DNA from: the human T2T-CHM13v2.0 reference genome, Homo sapiens
Assembly (NCBI RefSeq): GCF_009914755.1
Contig: NC_060943.1
Length of the DNA: 64,000 nucleotides
Reading direction: 5' to 3' (one strand)
Each line of letters opens with the position of its first letter. Position 1 is the stretch's first letter. Both the position numbers and the translations under genes were made by a program. The notes under the pieces are model-generated. The model worked only from the letters and a program-made list of their open reading frames with translations, made no database searches and was not told the origin of the DNA. This document shows, piece after piece, positions 63,881 to 64,000 of this stretch.

Positions 63881-64000
63881 TCACTGCAGTCTTGACCTCA
63901 TGGGCTCAAGCCATCCTCCCACCTCAGCCTCGTAAGTGGCTGGGACTACAGGTGTGTGCCACCACACCTGGCTAATCGTTCTATTTTTTGTGGAGATGGG

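Overview
Human (primate) genomic DNA, recognisable as the OPA3-GPR4 locus at 19q13.3. The window is extremely Alu-dense; I estimate about half the bases by eye. Two genes lie on the minus strand. OPA3 has coding exon 1 at 52036-51895 under a CpG-island promoter, a ~30.7 kb intron, and terminal exon 2 at 21187-20790, giving 179 aa, followed by a long repeat-rich 3'UTR; its known alternative terminal exon is not in the window. GPR4 has a single-exon CDS at 59138-58050 (362 aa proton-sensing GPCR) inside an exon whose acceptor is probably at 59969; its first exon lies beyond the right edge. The rest is Alu, L1, L2, MIR, LTR and DNA-transposon debris, and almost all other ORF-track entries are Alu or GC-shadow artefacts. 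I see no convincing wholly new gene system. The best second-look items are: a 52-nt polyadenylated, TSD-flanked micro-retrocopy of an RNA I cannot identify in the OPA3 3'UTR; a GPR4 5'UTR with six uAUGs, a hairpin and alternative acceptors; two inverted LTR8 copies sharing an Alu insertion site next to a nested-deletion scar; a palindromic AT-rich tandem array; and several motif-dense enhancer candidates. Repeat subfamily names are by recognition from memory, not from a search.
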